Source: a virus (Duplodnaviria > Caudoviricetes). Taken from it: a stretch of DNA of 64,000 nt. The stretch lies in IMG/VR virus record IMGVR_UViG_3300033069_000746, positions 2,681 through 66,680 of that record; one strand, written 5' to 3'. A program made the translations under genes and the position numbers. Positions 38,913-48,847 of the stretch are shown here, piece after piece. Positions within the stretch are counted from its first letter, which is position 1. Every line of letters starts with the position of its first letter. Below the pieces are notes generated by a model. That model was given only the letters and a program-made list of their open reading frames with translations, was not told the origin of the DNA and searched no databases.

Positions 38913-40463
38913 GTGATCCAAGGCAACATGTTCAACCCTCGCCAGTCGTACCGCAAGCCATCAAGCCGGGGTGCAAACCCGATGAGTACACCAGTCCCGT
39001 TCATGGGTGGTTACGGTCGCCCTGCCGCGGCTATGATGGGCTTGGCCGAGTCGATGGCCCCAAGGGGTGCGTTTGGTGGCGGAGCCCCCACCCCGTACAA
39101 CGGACCAGCCTCGGACGACCGGTTGCTCCCAGAGCAAGCGTACTACATGCGTCAGCAGAACCCGTTCACTCCGGGACGTATGCAGGGGACCTTCGCAGGT
39201 AATGTACCCTTGGCGGCAGCACCTACGTTTCAGCAACGCAGTAACGCGGCTATGGCCGGGTCCGACCAAGCCCTACAGACGAACCGGGATTTCTTGGCAA
39301 GAACACCAATACCGTCCGGCTCCCTCGGCTCGGCAGCCGCCGCACGAGGTATGACCTCGTACAACCCGATACAAGCCGGGGCCGTGAATGGATACATCGG
39401 GCAGTACGGTCAAGCTGCAGCACCCGGTAGACCCGGGGCACAAGGTCCTACCGTGTTCGACCCTACGAACCTCGCAGCACGTTTTGGCGGGGCTCCGGCT
39501 GTATCGCAGGCAACGCTCGATGCAAACGCTCGTATGGCCCGTACGCAAGCGTCTGATGCTTTGCTGGCTGGCAAGCTCGCCAGTGGGCAGACGATCGACT
39601 CTGCGGCTCAAGGCGGTGTCTATGCGAAGCGGACAGCGGACGGCGGCATGGCGTACACGAACAAGGCCGGTGCTGTCGAAGGGATATACCCAGACCTGCG
39701 TAACCCAATGAAACGGTCACAGGCTTTGGAGAAGCTGCAGGCTGAGAACCCGAACCTGTACCAAGCGTATCAAGCGGACCAAGGTCAGCGTGCAGACAAG
39801 GCCGCGATGACAAAAGCCCGGGCACAGAAGTTCAAGGACGAGCACGGTGGTATGAGTGCCCGTCAGTTCGGTATCCAGTCCCGGCAGGACAAGCGGGAGC
39901 AGGCCCGGTTCAAGCGTGACGTGATGCGTGGGCTCAACCCGATGTCGCCGGATGCGATGGCTCTGCATCCAAACGCAGCCAAGGCGTTTCAACAGGGTGG
40001 TGCCAAGCCAACAATGCAGAACCCGATCGCCCCCGGTAAGACCCGCACGACACAGTCTATGGCAGACGCGGACACCGTGATGACATCATTAGCAACGGCC
40101 GACCCCTTCATATCCTCCCTCGGAGCCCGCGGTAAGGACGACACTTCCATTGCTTCTGTCAACGCGGGTCTACAAGGCTTGAAGGACAGCGGGGTACAAC
40201 CCTCTCCAGAACATCTCCGATCCCTTCGGGCCTACGCTCAAGCCGTCAAGCACCGGGCCGCACCCGGGCAAGATCCCTGGGACGTGTATGCCCCGCAGGT
40301 CTACGATGAACTCGTGAGCATGCCGGATGACGCGACAGATGAAGACCTCACTAATTGGTGGGAGAAGTACAAGCAGCGGCCCAACATGGGTAACGCCGCT
40401 GCAGCCGGACCACCGGCCGGAAACATGCCGTACTTCCCGCCCGGCACACCAATCGGACGATAA
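38913..40463 (+). CDS. Probable internal virion (ejection) protein
   Basis: A/G/Q/M-rich low-complexity protein before the very large gene. Confidence 0.6.
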   Translation: MIQGNMFNPRQSYRKPSSRGANPMSTPVPFMGGYGRPAAAMMGLAESMAPRGAFGGGAPTPYNGPASDDRLLPEQAYYMRQQNPFTPGRMQGTFAGNVPLAAAPTFQQRSNAAMAGSDQALQTNRDFLARTPIPSGSLGSAAAARGMTSYNPIQAGAVNGYIGQYGQAAAPGRPGAQGPTVFDPTNLAARFGGAPAVSQATLDANARMARTQASDALLAGKLASGQTIDSAAQGGVYAKRTADGGMAYTNKAGAVEGIYPDLRNPMKRSQALEKLQAENPNLYQAYQADQGQRADKAAMTKARAQKFKDEHGGMSARQFGIQSRQDKREQARFKRDVMRGLNPMSPDAMALHPNAAKAFQQGGAKPTMQNPIAPGKTRTTQSMADADTVMTSLATADPFISSLGARGKDDTSIASVNAGLQGLKDSGVQPSPEHLRSLRAYAQAVKHRAAPGQDPWDVYAPQVYDELVSMPDDATDEDLTNWWEKYKQRPNMGNAAAAGPPAGNMPYFPPGTPIGR

Positions 40464-40466
40464 TAC

Positions 40467-43400
40467 ATGCCAAGCGTAGCCGAACTTCTATCCGCACGGG
40501 CCGCAATTCCAGCGGCTCGTGGCTTTACCAATGAACCTGAATCAACAGACCTGATGGATACACTGTCCAGCGTCGGCGGTGCTGGTCTCGGGGCCGTTGC
40601 GTCTGTCGGGAACTTCCTCGATCTTCCGGGCTCATCCGTGCGTGACCTATTGGCCGGACGTAACCCGCTCGACCAGTGGATGACGCCACTGTCCAGCGAG
40701 AACCGCACATCGGGGCGTGACCTGCTTGAGATGTACGGCATGCGTAAGAACCGTGAGACCGGCATGACGGGCTGGCTGTCCGACCCCGGTGAAGGGCTAA
40801 GAGACCTCGCAGGTTTCGGTGCTGAGGTTGTGCTCGACCCGTTCGGCCCGGCGACAAAGGCACTCATGGCTGGCAGTGCTGCAGGCCGAGCGTTGACGAC
40901 CGCTGCCGGGCGTGCCCACCCCCTCGTGCGGAAGATCGGCGGTGCTGCGAAGTACGCATTCGATACGCTGCCGGAGAACATCACCCGAGGTATCTTGACG
41001 CAAGCGGGCAAGGTCACACGAGGTGTGAAGTCCCTGTTCAACGCACCGTCGGCTGGTATCACCGACCCGTTCGTAATGCCTATGGCTGAGCAGGCACGTA
41101 CTGCAGCAAAGGCGTACCGTGAGACGGCAAATTTGCACGTCACAGAACTGGCCAACAGTGCTCGGATCAACAAGTTCAACTTGATCGAGAACCCAGACCT
41201 CGACATGACTGACCCGGCGAACATCATGCGTGACGACTCGCCTGTTCGAGTACGTGCTCGTATGGACGCTGAGCGTCGTGCCTTCGAGGGTATCTATAAC
41301 CCAGAGGAAGGCGGGTTACTGCCAAACGATGTAGTGTCCATGAACAACAAGACGTACCAGATTGAACGTATCGACCGTTCGCCGAACGGTACGAAGGTCA
41401 AGCTGGTTGGGGATGACAACCTGTACGACGACATGCAGCTTGAGCCGTTGTACCAGCAGATGCGAGAGACGATCCCTGAGCCGCACTTAGCTTTGATCCA
41501 ACAGATGCGGTCCCTAAAGGACTCGTGGAACCAGAAGCTGAAGTCATTCGGTGCTGGCGAAAGCGACATGGTCGACCCGTACATCGACTACTTCCACCGA
41601 CGCAAGTCTGACGAGCTTCGTCGGCTCGAACAGATCGGCGGGCTCAACACACCATCGTGGGCACGTAGCAATCACCAGAGTCTCATCCGTACGCTCAACA
41701 CAAGCGGTGGCCGAGACATGGTGTACCGTGCGTTCAAAGAAGGCACGCCCGCTGTCAATGAACTGTTGAACAACCCGACGTGGAAATCTGTCATCGATCG
41801 TATCGATGCCGACGCGGTGCCAGATGTCAACGGCTTGAAGATTCTGCCTGGGTATGTTGGTAAGAGCCACATCGACGACATCGCTCAAGTGTTCGACCGT
41901 ACGCCGGACCAACTGTGGGAGGAGATGTGGCTGGCACAGCCTGTCAGCAAGACCGGCACGTTCGCCTACGCTCCGCAGGAAGGACTGTACCACGTTGTTG
42001 GGCAGGGTATGACCCAGAAGGGCACAGTCAACGTCGTCACGGCTAACGATACCGCAGATCTGCTGCCGAACGTAGATCCAGCGGCTATCGCAGACGGGTC
42101 GTTCGATGACGCCCTGCACTTCATCGAGCGGGACCTCGCTGGAAAAGGCGCAGCGTCTATCCGCATGACGGCTACGCCCGAGATCGGGGACGTGTTGAAG
42201 AATCGCGGGTACCAAGGCACTGGCGGGCCGAACGGTGTTGAGACCTGGACGAAGAAGATCAACGCGATGCAGCCGAGCACAGACCCGAAGTACTCCATGC
42301 CTACGCACGTAACGAAAGAGCAGTTTAAGAATCGCCTGCAGGAGATCATCGCTGCCGAGCAGAACGATATCGCGACTGGAGCCAAGCAGGGCTACCAGCC
42401 GGGCCGGGGGTGGTGGAAGTCGTGGACCGAACTGCGGCCTAACGCGGACGGCTCCGAGCGTGTACTGAACCTTGACCTGAGCAAGACTCAACTAGCCAAG
42501 GTCGACCTGCCTACGATTGACGCACTGCGGCAGACAGGCGGCTTTAGGAATATCACGGACTACGACGTTGCACGAGCGGCTCTGGAATCTGGCAAAGAGG
42601 TACACCTTGGCTGGAGGCCCGCTACGAAGGGCCGACCTGCCGAGTTCGTGATGGTAACACCGACGCAGAGAAGCAAGGTTGTTGAGCAGGCTACGAAGAA
42701 GCTCAGCACGGTCGACCAGATGATAGATGACAACCCGCTCACAGCGAAGGAAGTCATTCACGACGAGTTGCACCAGGGTATCACCCGGAACTACAAAGAC
42801 AAGGTTGATCAGTGGATGCCCACGCTGGACGATCGGGGCAACGCTGTCGCCGTAGGGCAGGTCGCCGATGACGTGCATGCAGAAACCGTTCAAGGTTGGC
42901 ACAAGGTTGTCCTTGACGGCGACATCGAGTCGAGAATCTCCGAAGGTAAGAACCTCACCAAGCCACAACGATCGCTGCTACGCCTGTCAGATGAAAGTCT
43001 GGAGGCGTTACTGCTACCACCAACGGTACGTGAGCAGATCGCTGAGATGCGTACCAAAGCTGGTATCACACAGGACATGTCAATCGGTATCGAAGACCGG
43101 CACCGAGCCTTAGCTATCGAGACGGCGGACCACGTTGAGAAGCGATACTCAAAGCTGTATGAGTCGTGGGCTCCGAAGTCCGGCCATGACTACCTCGCTA
43201 AGGCCGGGTCGAAGGTCGCATACTTCGAGGCTCTGCGGGACAACCTGACTAACCTGCGGTCCCGCCGTGACATGTTCCCTGACACGTTTGGTACAGGCGT
43301 GTCACCGAACAATGTTCAGACCACGCTTGACCTCAAAGCCAAGATGGGCATGTCGTTCGAGGAAGCACTCGACGCCGGGTTCTTCAGCGGGGCTGTGAAC

Positions 43401-45185
43401 AAGAACACATTCCTTGAAAACATGCGACAGCACTGGATCGGGCAAGGCTTCTTCAAAGAAGTAGATGATCCGAAAGAGGTGGCCAAGCAACTCAAGGAGA
43501 TCCTGTCTCTGCGGGCACCGGCTGATACCTGGTCACAGATGAAGACCCTGAACGAGGGCGTGACCATGTTCGACCTGCCCGAACTTGACACCCCGTATAA
43601 GATGGCGTCTTCCCTGATGTCGCTCACGAAGTCAGGCTACCTGTCGTACAGCCCGGCTACTGCGATCCGCGACGGTCTGTCGTCCGCAGTCAACGCTGTT
43701 GTCATGGGCGACATGAGCCCGCTCGCGTACATGAAGAAAGCCAAGTCGGCCTGGTCATTCAGTAACGGGGCAGTACCGTTAGACATCCCCGAGGGTGTGG
43801 CCGAGATCGAGCAGTACCTCGCGTCACGCAGCATCCCGAGCACACCACGATCCCGCGGTGAAGCCTTCCAGAACTTCTGGAACGCACATCACATGTCCGG
43901 GTCGATCCACCCGAACGTCGTGACTGCTGACGCGATGCGTATGGCTGAGAGCGATTCGCCGCTATCGGTGCTTGGCAACCAGCCAGGCAACACGTCAATC
44001 AAGCAAGAGTTCCTCGGTGGGCTGCAACGTACAGTGCAAGCACCGGGCGTACTTGGCAAGGCTAAGGAAGCGATCCTGCCAGCGGGTACGTACGTCAAGG
44101 ATGATCTCGGCCGGTGGGTCCAAAAATCTACGTCCGGCCCGATCGTAGCTGCGATGAACGGCCTGCGAAGCAAGATCGACAATCTCAACCGAGCCGTGTT
44201 TGTGATGGACCGGCTGGACAAGACGAAGTCTTTAGCCGATGCGTTCGAAGCATCTGACAAGTTCTTGCTGAATGCTGATCCGCAGAACTTCACGCGGTTC
44301 GAGCATCAGTACATGAAGACGTTCTTCCCGTTCTACTCGTTCATGCGTCAGACGATCCCGATGTACATGACCGAGTTGATGGTCAACCCGGGCGGCAAAC
44401 TCGGGAACCTGATTCGGGCAACACGCCTTGGCCAAGGCGATGAGAAGGGCTACGTGCCGTACCAGTACCAGGACAGTGCCGCTATCCCGCTCGGCAAGAC
44501 AGACGATGGTAATATCAAGTACCTCACATCCTTCGGGCTCATGCACGAAGACGCGGTGAAGTACGCCGGTAATGCTTTGCAGATGGACCTGCGTGGTTTG
44601 ATGCAACAGGCAGCAGCCTCGTCTAACCCAGCCATGAAGTGGTTCATCGAGCACAGCACGAACACCAGCTTGTTCAGCCAGGGTCCGATGGGCGGTAGAC
44701 GATTGGACGACCTCGACCCGAGCATTGGCCGGTTGTTGACCAACCTCGGCCTGCAGGACGCAGAAGCATCTGGCCGGGCGACACCATTCGGTAGCCCAAC
44801 GCTGGAGTCACTGGCTGCGGCAGGTCCGGCATCTCGTATCCTGAGCATGGCCAAGATCGCGTCCGACACTCGAACCGGTGCGGGCGAGAAAGTGCTACGT
44901 TTGCTGTCCGGCGTACGTATCGAGAACGTCACGCCTGAACAGATCACGCGAGACCTGCGTGACCGACTGAACGCGATCCAGATTGCCAGCGGTGCCCGAC
45001 CGCTAACGATCGTGTCTGGTTCAGAAAAGCTGGTAGAACACCTGAAAGCCGCAGGTCAGCCAGAAACAGCAGCGGTGCTGGAACGTATCAACAAAGCCCT
45101 CGCAGCACAGCGTCGAGCCGTGGCCGCAGAGGATAAGCCAGCGAATTCTCGTACTGTCGTTGACATGCTGAGACAAGCTCAGTAA
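40467..45185 (+). CDS. Large internal virion/DNA-ejection protein (1572 aa)
   Basis: Size, A/G-rich N-terminus, FFPFYSFMRQTIP C-terminal motif typical of such proteins. Confidence 0.65.
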   Translation: MPSVAELLSARAAIPAARGFTNEPESTDLMDTLSSVGGAGLGAVASVGNFLDLPGSSVRDLLAGRNPLDQWMTPLSSENRTSGRDLLEMYGMRKNRETGMTGWLSDPGEGLRDLAGFGAEVVLDPFGPATKALMAGSAAGRALTTAAGRAHPLVRKIGGAAKYAFDTLPENITRGILTQAGKVTRGVKSLFNAPSAGITDPFVMPMAEQARTAAKAYRETANLHVTELANSARINKFNLIENPDLDMTDPANIMRDDSPVRVRARMDAERRAFEGIYNPEEGGLLPNDVVSMNNKTYQIERIDRSPNGTKVKLVGDDNLYDDMQLEPLYQQMRETIPEPHLALIQQMRSLKDSWNQKLKSFGAGESDMVDPYIDYFHRRKSDELRRLEQIGGLNTPSWARSNHQSLIRTLNTSGGRDMVYRAFKEGTPAVNELLNNPTWKSVIDRIDADAVPDVNGLKILPGYVGKSHIDDIAQVFDRTPDQLWEEMWLAQPVSKTGTFAYAPQEGLYHVVGQGMTQKGTVNVVTANDTADLLPNVDPAAIADGSFDDALHFIERDLAGKGAASIRMTATPEIGDVLKNRGYQGTGGPNGVETWTKKINAMQPSTDPKYSMPTHVTKEQFKNRLQEIIAAEQNDIATGAKQGYQPGRGWWKSWTELRPNADGSERVLNLDLSKTQLAKVDLPTIDALRQTGGFRNITDYDVARAALESGKEVHLGWRPATKGRPAEFVMVTPTQRSKVVEQATKKLSTVDQMIDDNPLTAKEVIHDELHQGITRNYKDKVDQWMPTLDDRGNAVAVGQVADDVHAETVQGWHKVVLDGDIESRISEGKNLTKPQRSLLRLSDESLEALLLPPTVREQIAEMRTKAGITQDMSIGIEDRHRALAIETADHVEKRYSKLYESWAPKSGHDYLAKAGSKVAYFEALRDNLTNLRSRRDMFPDTFGTGVSPNNVQTTLDLKAKMGMSFEEALDAGFFSGAVNKNTFLENMRQHWIGQGFFKEVDDPKEVAKQLKEILSLRAPADTWSQMKTLNEGVTMFDLPELDTPYKMASSLMSLTKSGYLSYSPATAIRDGLSSAVNAVVMGDMSPLAYMKKAKSAWSFSNGAVPLDIPEGVAEIEQYLASRSIPSTPRSRGEAFQNFWNAHHMSGSIHPNVVTADAMRMAESDSPLSVLGNQPGNTSIKQEFLGGLQRTVQAPGVLGKAKEAILPAGTYVKDDLGRWVQKSTSGPIVAAMNGLRSKIDNLNRAVFVMDRLDKTKSLADAFEASDKFLLNADPQNFTRFEHQYMKTFFPFYSFMRQTIPMYMTELMVNPGGKLGNLIRATRLGQGDEKGYVPYQYQDSAAIPLGKTDDGNIKYLTSFGLMHEDAVKYAGNALQMDLRGLMQQAAASSNPAMKWFIEHSTNTSLFSQGPMGGRRLDDLDPSIGRLLTNLGLQDAEASGRATPFGSPTLESLAAAGPASRILSMAKIASDTRTGAGEKVLRLLSGVRIENVTPEQITRDLRDRLNAIQIASGARPLTIVSGSEKLVEHLKAAGQPETAAVLERINKALAAQRRAVAAEDKPANSRTVVDMLRQAQ

Positions 45186-45223
45186 CATTTTCCCGTTTTC
45201 AAGAATTCAAACTGGAGGTTGAC

Positions 45224-45571
45224 ATGTTAAGCACAGCCGTAACCGCAGATCTCGTCAAGAAACTGAATGAGCAGACCGACATCCCCTTCCTGAATGAAGC
45301 CCGAGAAGGTGCTGCCATTCAGTGGTTGGTCGACAAGGTGACTCCGGCTATCCCCGCTTGGGTCGTGGCCTTCATGGCCAGTGCCGTGGATGGTCTGACT
45401 GCGGAGGAACTGAAAGTTCACAAGGACATCGCTGTCGCCGAGATCAACAAGTTTGTTGATCTGCCAGGCACACCCGAGTTCGTCGAAGAACGTCTGATCC
45501 GGTTTGTGATCGATGGCGTGTTCGACTGGGCTCTCAAGGGTAACGCCGCTCCGAAGGGCATCTTGTCATGA
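45224..45571 (+). CDS. Hypothetical protein with internal LNEQTDIPF/INKFVDLP repeat
   Basis: GGAGG RBS. Confidence 0.75.
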   Translation: MLSTAVTADLVKKLNEQTDIPFLNEAREGAAIQWLVDKVTPAIPAWVVAFMASAVDGLTAEELKVHKDIAVAEINKFVDLPGTPEFVEERLIRFVIDGVFDWALKGNAAPKGILS

Positions 45572-45879
45572 ACCCAGCAGTCTTCACAACCCTCGTCGTA
45601 GCCACGGTCGTACTGCTCGGGGGCGGCGTTGCCATCCTCGCGGTGCCTCCACTGTGGCGGTTCGTACGACAGTTTCGACGTACGTCAATCACGTCGCCTG
45701 TTACGGACGGAGTTGTGTCGAGCGACAAGCCCGCACCTGAAGGTATCGAGGCGTACCTCCAGACCGTCGAATCGGCAAGTCCGTCTGCGACCCCAGACCA
45801 ACGGTGGACCTACGCCAAGCAGGGCATGACTGAGGCCCAGGTTCTCCGGGCCGAGGTCAAGCGGGGAGTCAAGCCATGA
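45568..45879 (+). CDS. Membrane-anchored protein
   Basis: N-terminal TM helix. Confidence 0.7.
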   Translation: MNPAVFTTLVVATVVLLGGGVAILAVPPLWRFVRQFRRTSITSPVTDGVVSSDKPAPEGIEAYLQTVESASPSATPDQRWTYAKQGMTEAQVLRAEVKRGVKP

Positions 45880-46193
45880 GATACATCGCTGCGACAATGA
45901 TGCTGCTCGGTGGGTGTTGCCTTGGCACAATCCTTCTGTTCTCGAACGGTAGTAGTCCCGCCCCGGCTGGCCTGTTGGACAAGACGTACGCGGCTGACAA
46001 GGCCGACCGTATATCCAACTTGCGGCAGGTTGGTGGTATGGTTGGTAAGTCTGTTGGAGAGAAGTCCAAGGCGTGGACTGAACTAGACAAGGCAGCGTTC
46101 GCCAAGAACTACGACGAAGTTGGTAACGCTGTCAGTACGGCCATCTTCAACGGCAAGGAACTCGACCTCGCCAGTCAGTGGGAGAAAGAGTGA
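45876..46193 (+). CDS. Exported or membrane-anchored protein
   Basis: Hydrophobic N-terminus with LGGC. Confidence 0.7.
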   Translation: MRYIAATMMLLGGCCLGTILLFSNGSSPAPAGLLDKTYAADKADRISNLRQVGGMVGKSVGEKSKAWTELDKAAFAKNYDEVGNAVSTAIFNGKELDLASQWEKE

Positions 46194-47035
46194 TGCCTTT
46201 GCAACACGTAGGTGGTTGGCGAATCGACAAGGAAGACTTTGACTTCCTGTATTCACTACCGGGTGAGAGCGACGTACTAGCAATGCGTGGCTCGTACACC
46301 GAGGTAGCGTTCGACCCACGTAAAGTACTCCGCGTTGAGAACCAGGGTTCGGTGGGAAGCTGTCAGGGGCATAGCATCTCATCCTGTGCCGAGTGGTGCT
46401 ATATCCTTGCGACGGGCGATACGAAGCTGCAGCTTAGCCGAGCGTACGGGTACTACGAGTCCCAGCGTCTTGACGGGCTGCTTGGTCAGGACAGAGGGTC
46501 AACCGTTGCGTCCGGCGTTAAGCTCGCCATGACCAAGGGTATCTGCCCTGAAGAACTGTGGAGGTACTCGGGCAAGTACGATCCGAAGCCACCCCATCCG
46601 ATACAAGAGATTTACGAGGCAGCAGCCAAGTACAAGATCGGTCGGCAGAATCGGTTGACGACGTACGAAGGTATTCGAACACACCTCGGGTCTGGTCAAG
46701 GGCCGGTACATATCGGCATCGAGTGGAACAGCAGTGTCAACAGAGCGTTGGTCAACAGCTACTCCACGGAAGACGGCGGTGGTCATTCGATCGGGCTCTA
46801 CACCTTGTCCGAACGTAAGGACAGCCAAGGCCGTCCGTACATCTGGATGATGAACTCGTGGGACAAGACCTGGGGTAACGACGGCTGGGCTGAGTGGGCA
46901 CCTGTCGCTGTTGAGGCAATGCTCCGACAGCGGTGGACTGTCATGATCGGCCTGTCCGAAATGCCAACCGTAAAGCCACGCGAGTGGACTTTGGAAGACG
47001 TTAAGAAACAAGTGAAATGGTGGGTGGCTCCATGA
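46193..47035 (+). CDS. Papain-like (C1) cysteine peptidase
   Basis: ENQGSVGSC, GGHSI, MNSWDKTWGNDG catalytic motifs. Confidence 0.9.
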   Translation: MPLQHVGGWRIDKEDFDFLYSLPGESDVLAMRGSYTEVAFDPRKVLRVENQGSVGSCQGHSISSCAEWCYILATGDTKLQLSRAYGYYESQRLDGLLGQDRGSTVASGVKLAMTKGICPEELWRYSGKYDPKPPHPIQEIYEAAAKYKIGRQNRLTTYEGIRTHLGSGQGPVHIGIEWNSSVNRALVNSYSTEDGGGHSIGLYTLSERKDSQGRPYIWMMNSWDKTWGNDGWAEWAPVAVEAMLRQRWTVMIGLSEMPTVKPREWTLEDVKKQVKWWVAP

Positions 47036-47712
47036 AATACTTACCCCTGATCGTACTAATGCTCGGATGTGCTCAGCCGGTGCCCGTTGAAGTACCGCAG
47101 GTCGAGGTGCAGTACGTCGACCTGGTGAAGACCGTCACGACTAGCTCGGATGAGATCAAGTCGAAGACCGACGAGATCAGTACCAAGCTGGGTGAGCAGA
47201 CGGCCGTGCTGTTACAGATCAAGGCGTTGGTCGAGAACCCTCCCGCTGGCGGGACTGAGTCTCCGGAGCCGCCCTCCTCTCCGTCGCAGCCGGTCCCGCC
47301 AGCACCTCCCAGCCAGGACGAGACGGTCAAGCCAACTCTGTATGTCAGTACCATCAAATACTGTGAACCTTGTAAGAGACTCAAGAAGGACATTGAGGCT
47401 GGAAAGTTCAGCGACTTCGACATCGTATACCTTGATGACGATACGTGGACACAAGGCTTTCCCGTCATCCGCTGGAAGGAAGACGGTAAGTGGATGTACT
47501 TCACGAATGGCAAGGGTAAGAACCGTGGGTACGACAAGAACATCCTGAAAGACCTGAAGCAGCGGTTCGGCATTAACCAGACCACATCGGCCCAGACGTA
47601 CCAACACTCAGACCTTGTCCAGTTGCATAACGATTTGCACGGCGGTGGTAGTTGGACTTGGCCGGGTGACCTGACTACACATCTTCGACGAGATCACGGA
47701 GTCGAACTGTGA
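47032..47712 (+). CDS. Lipoprotein with Pro-rich linker and thioredoxin-like CxxC domain
   Basis: MKYLPLIVLMLGC lipobox; YCEPCKRLKKD; WTWPG..HL..DH tail. Confidence 0.75.
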   Translation: MKYLPLIVLMLGCAQPVPVEVPQVEVQYVDLVKTVTTSSDEIKSKTDEISTKLGEQTAVLLQIKALVENPPAGGTESPEPPSSPSQPVPPAPPSQDETVKPTLYVSTIKYCEPCKRLKKDIEAGKFSDFDIVYLDDDTWTQGFPVIRWKEDGKWMYFTNGKGKNRGYDKNILKDLKQRFGINQTTSAQTYQHSDLVQLHNDLHGGGSWTWPGDLTTHLRRDHGVEL

Positions 47713-47984
47713 GTGTCCAGGAAGAGTTGTACAGAGAGTTCGGCGTGCATCCCGAGCTTTGCTCCGGCAGACCGGCTGACGCCAAGCGAAAGAAGATCGA
47801 CAGGATTCACCAGTACTTCATAGCAAACCTCGGTCGAGCCAAAAGCCCGTCCGACATGCGGAAGTTAATCGAAGATGAATGGACCGCCGGTCTCGGACCA
47901 ATCGCAACGTGGTTGATGTGGGCAGCCATCCGGTTACTCATCAAACAAGTCGTGGTCTGGCTCTGGAATCGGTACAGCAAGTAG
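47709..47984 (+). CDS. Hypothetical protein with amphipathic C-terminus
   Basis: GTGA coupling. Confidence 0.65.
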   Translation: MSVQEELYREFGVHPELCSGRPADAKRKKIDRIHQYFIANLGRAKSPSDMRKLIEDEWTAGLGPIATWLMWAAIRLLIKQVVVWLWNRYSK

Positions 47985-48040
47985 ACAAACCCCCAGACGG
48001 ATAGCCTTACGCCCTTTGGTTCTCGATAGGAAAGACTATC

Positions 48041-48508
48041 ATGGCTCAACAGACCCTCGTATCAGGTTCCCGGCAGATGTTCGGGACCCAGTCAAAGATC
48101 AGGTCAGCACTGGACAAGTGCGACGACAACTTCACGGAACTGTACGCGGGGAACATGGCGTCCCTGACGGTCCCGGCCCACGCCAGCAAGGTCAACTACT
48201 GTGTGTTCATCGCACCGGAAGCGTTGACGATCACTGGCCTACAGTATGTGCCAGACGTAGCAGCAGGTACCACACTGACAGCCACAGTCAGCAAGGCTAC
48301 GGGTACGGCCACGCCCGCCGCGGGTACGACCCCGCTGCACAGCGGCACTATCAACCTCAACGGCACGGCCTACACCGTGCAGACCCTCACTCTCACGTCG
48401 ACAGCGGCTGACCTCACATTGGCTGCTGGTGACCGGGTGGCGATTATCCTGTCCGGTGCGATGACGACTGGTTCTGGAAATATCACCATTCGGTACACAC
48501 TTGTCTGA
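48041..48508 (+). CDS. Hypothetical T/A-rich beta protein, possible virion appendage
   Basis: AGGA RBS, biased codons. Confidence 0.7.
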   Translation: MAQQTLVSGSRQMFGTQSKIRSALDKCDDNFTELYAGNMASLTVPAHASKVNYCVFIAPEALTITGLQYVPDVAAGTTLTATVSKATGTATPAAGTTPLHSGTINLNGTAYTVQTLTLTSTAADLTLAAGDRVAIILSGAMTTGSGNITIRYTLV

Positions 48509-48557
48509 TAGTACGACCTGCCTGGCCGGGTAACACCGGCCAGTCTCTTCGAAAGGG

Positions 48558-48815
48558 TTGGACATGACATCTGAGGATGCCAAAGGATACCTCCGTATTT
48601 TCGCAGAGTGGTTGGCGAGTCAGTCGTTTAACAACGTACTGCTGCTGGCCATACTGGTCGCAATCGGTGCGGGTGTGAAGTACACGATTGACGTGGCCAT
48701 ACCAGCCCATCTGAAGATGATACAGTCGGGGTACGAGAAGCAAGAGGCCAGTCACGAGCGTGAGCTTGACCGCGTGGTCGACTTGATTCTGTCGAACAAG
48801 GTGGTTAACAACTAA
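48558..48815 (+). CDS. Small membrane protein, holin candidate
   Basis: One TM helix plus charged coiled C-terminus. Confidence 0.5.
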   Translation: MDMTSEDAKGYLRIFAEWLASQSFNNVLLLAILVAIGAGVKYTIDVAIPAHLKMIQSGYEKQEASHERELDRVVDLILSNKVVNN

Positions 48816-48847
48816 CACCGGTTACTCAGACCGGAGGAATCTCGACC

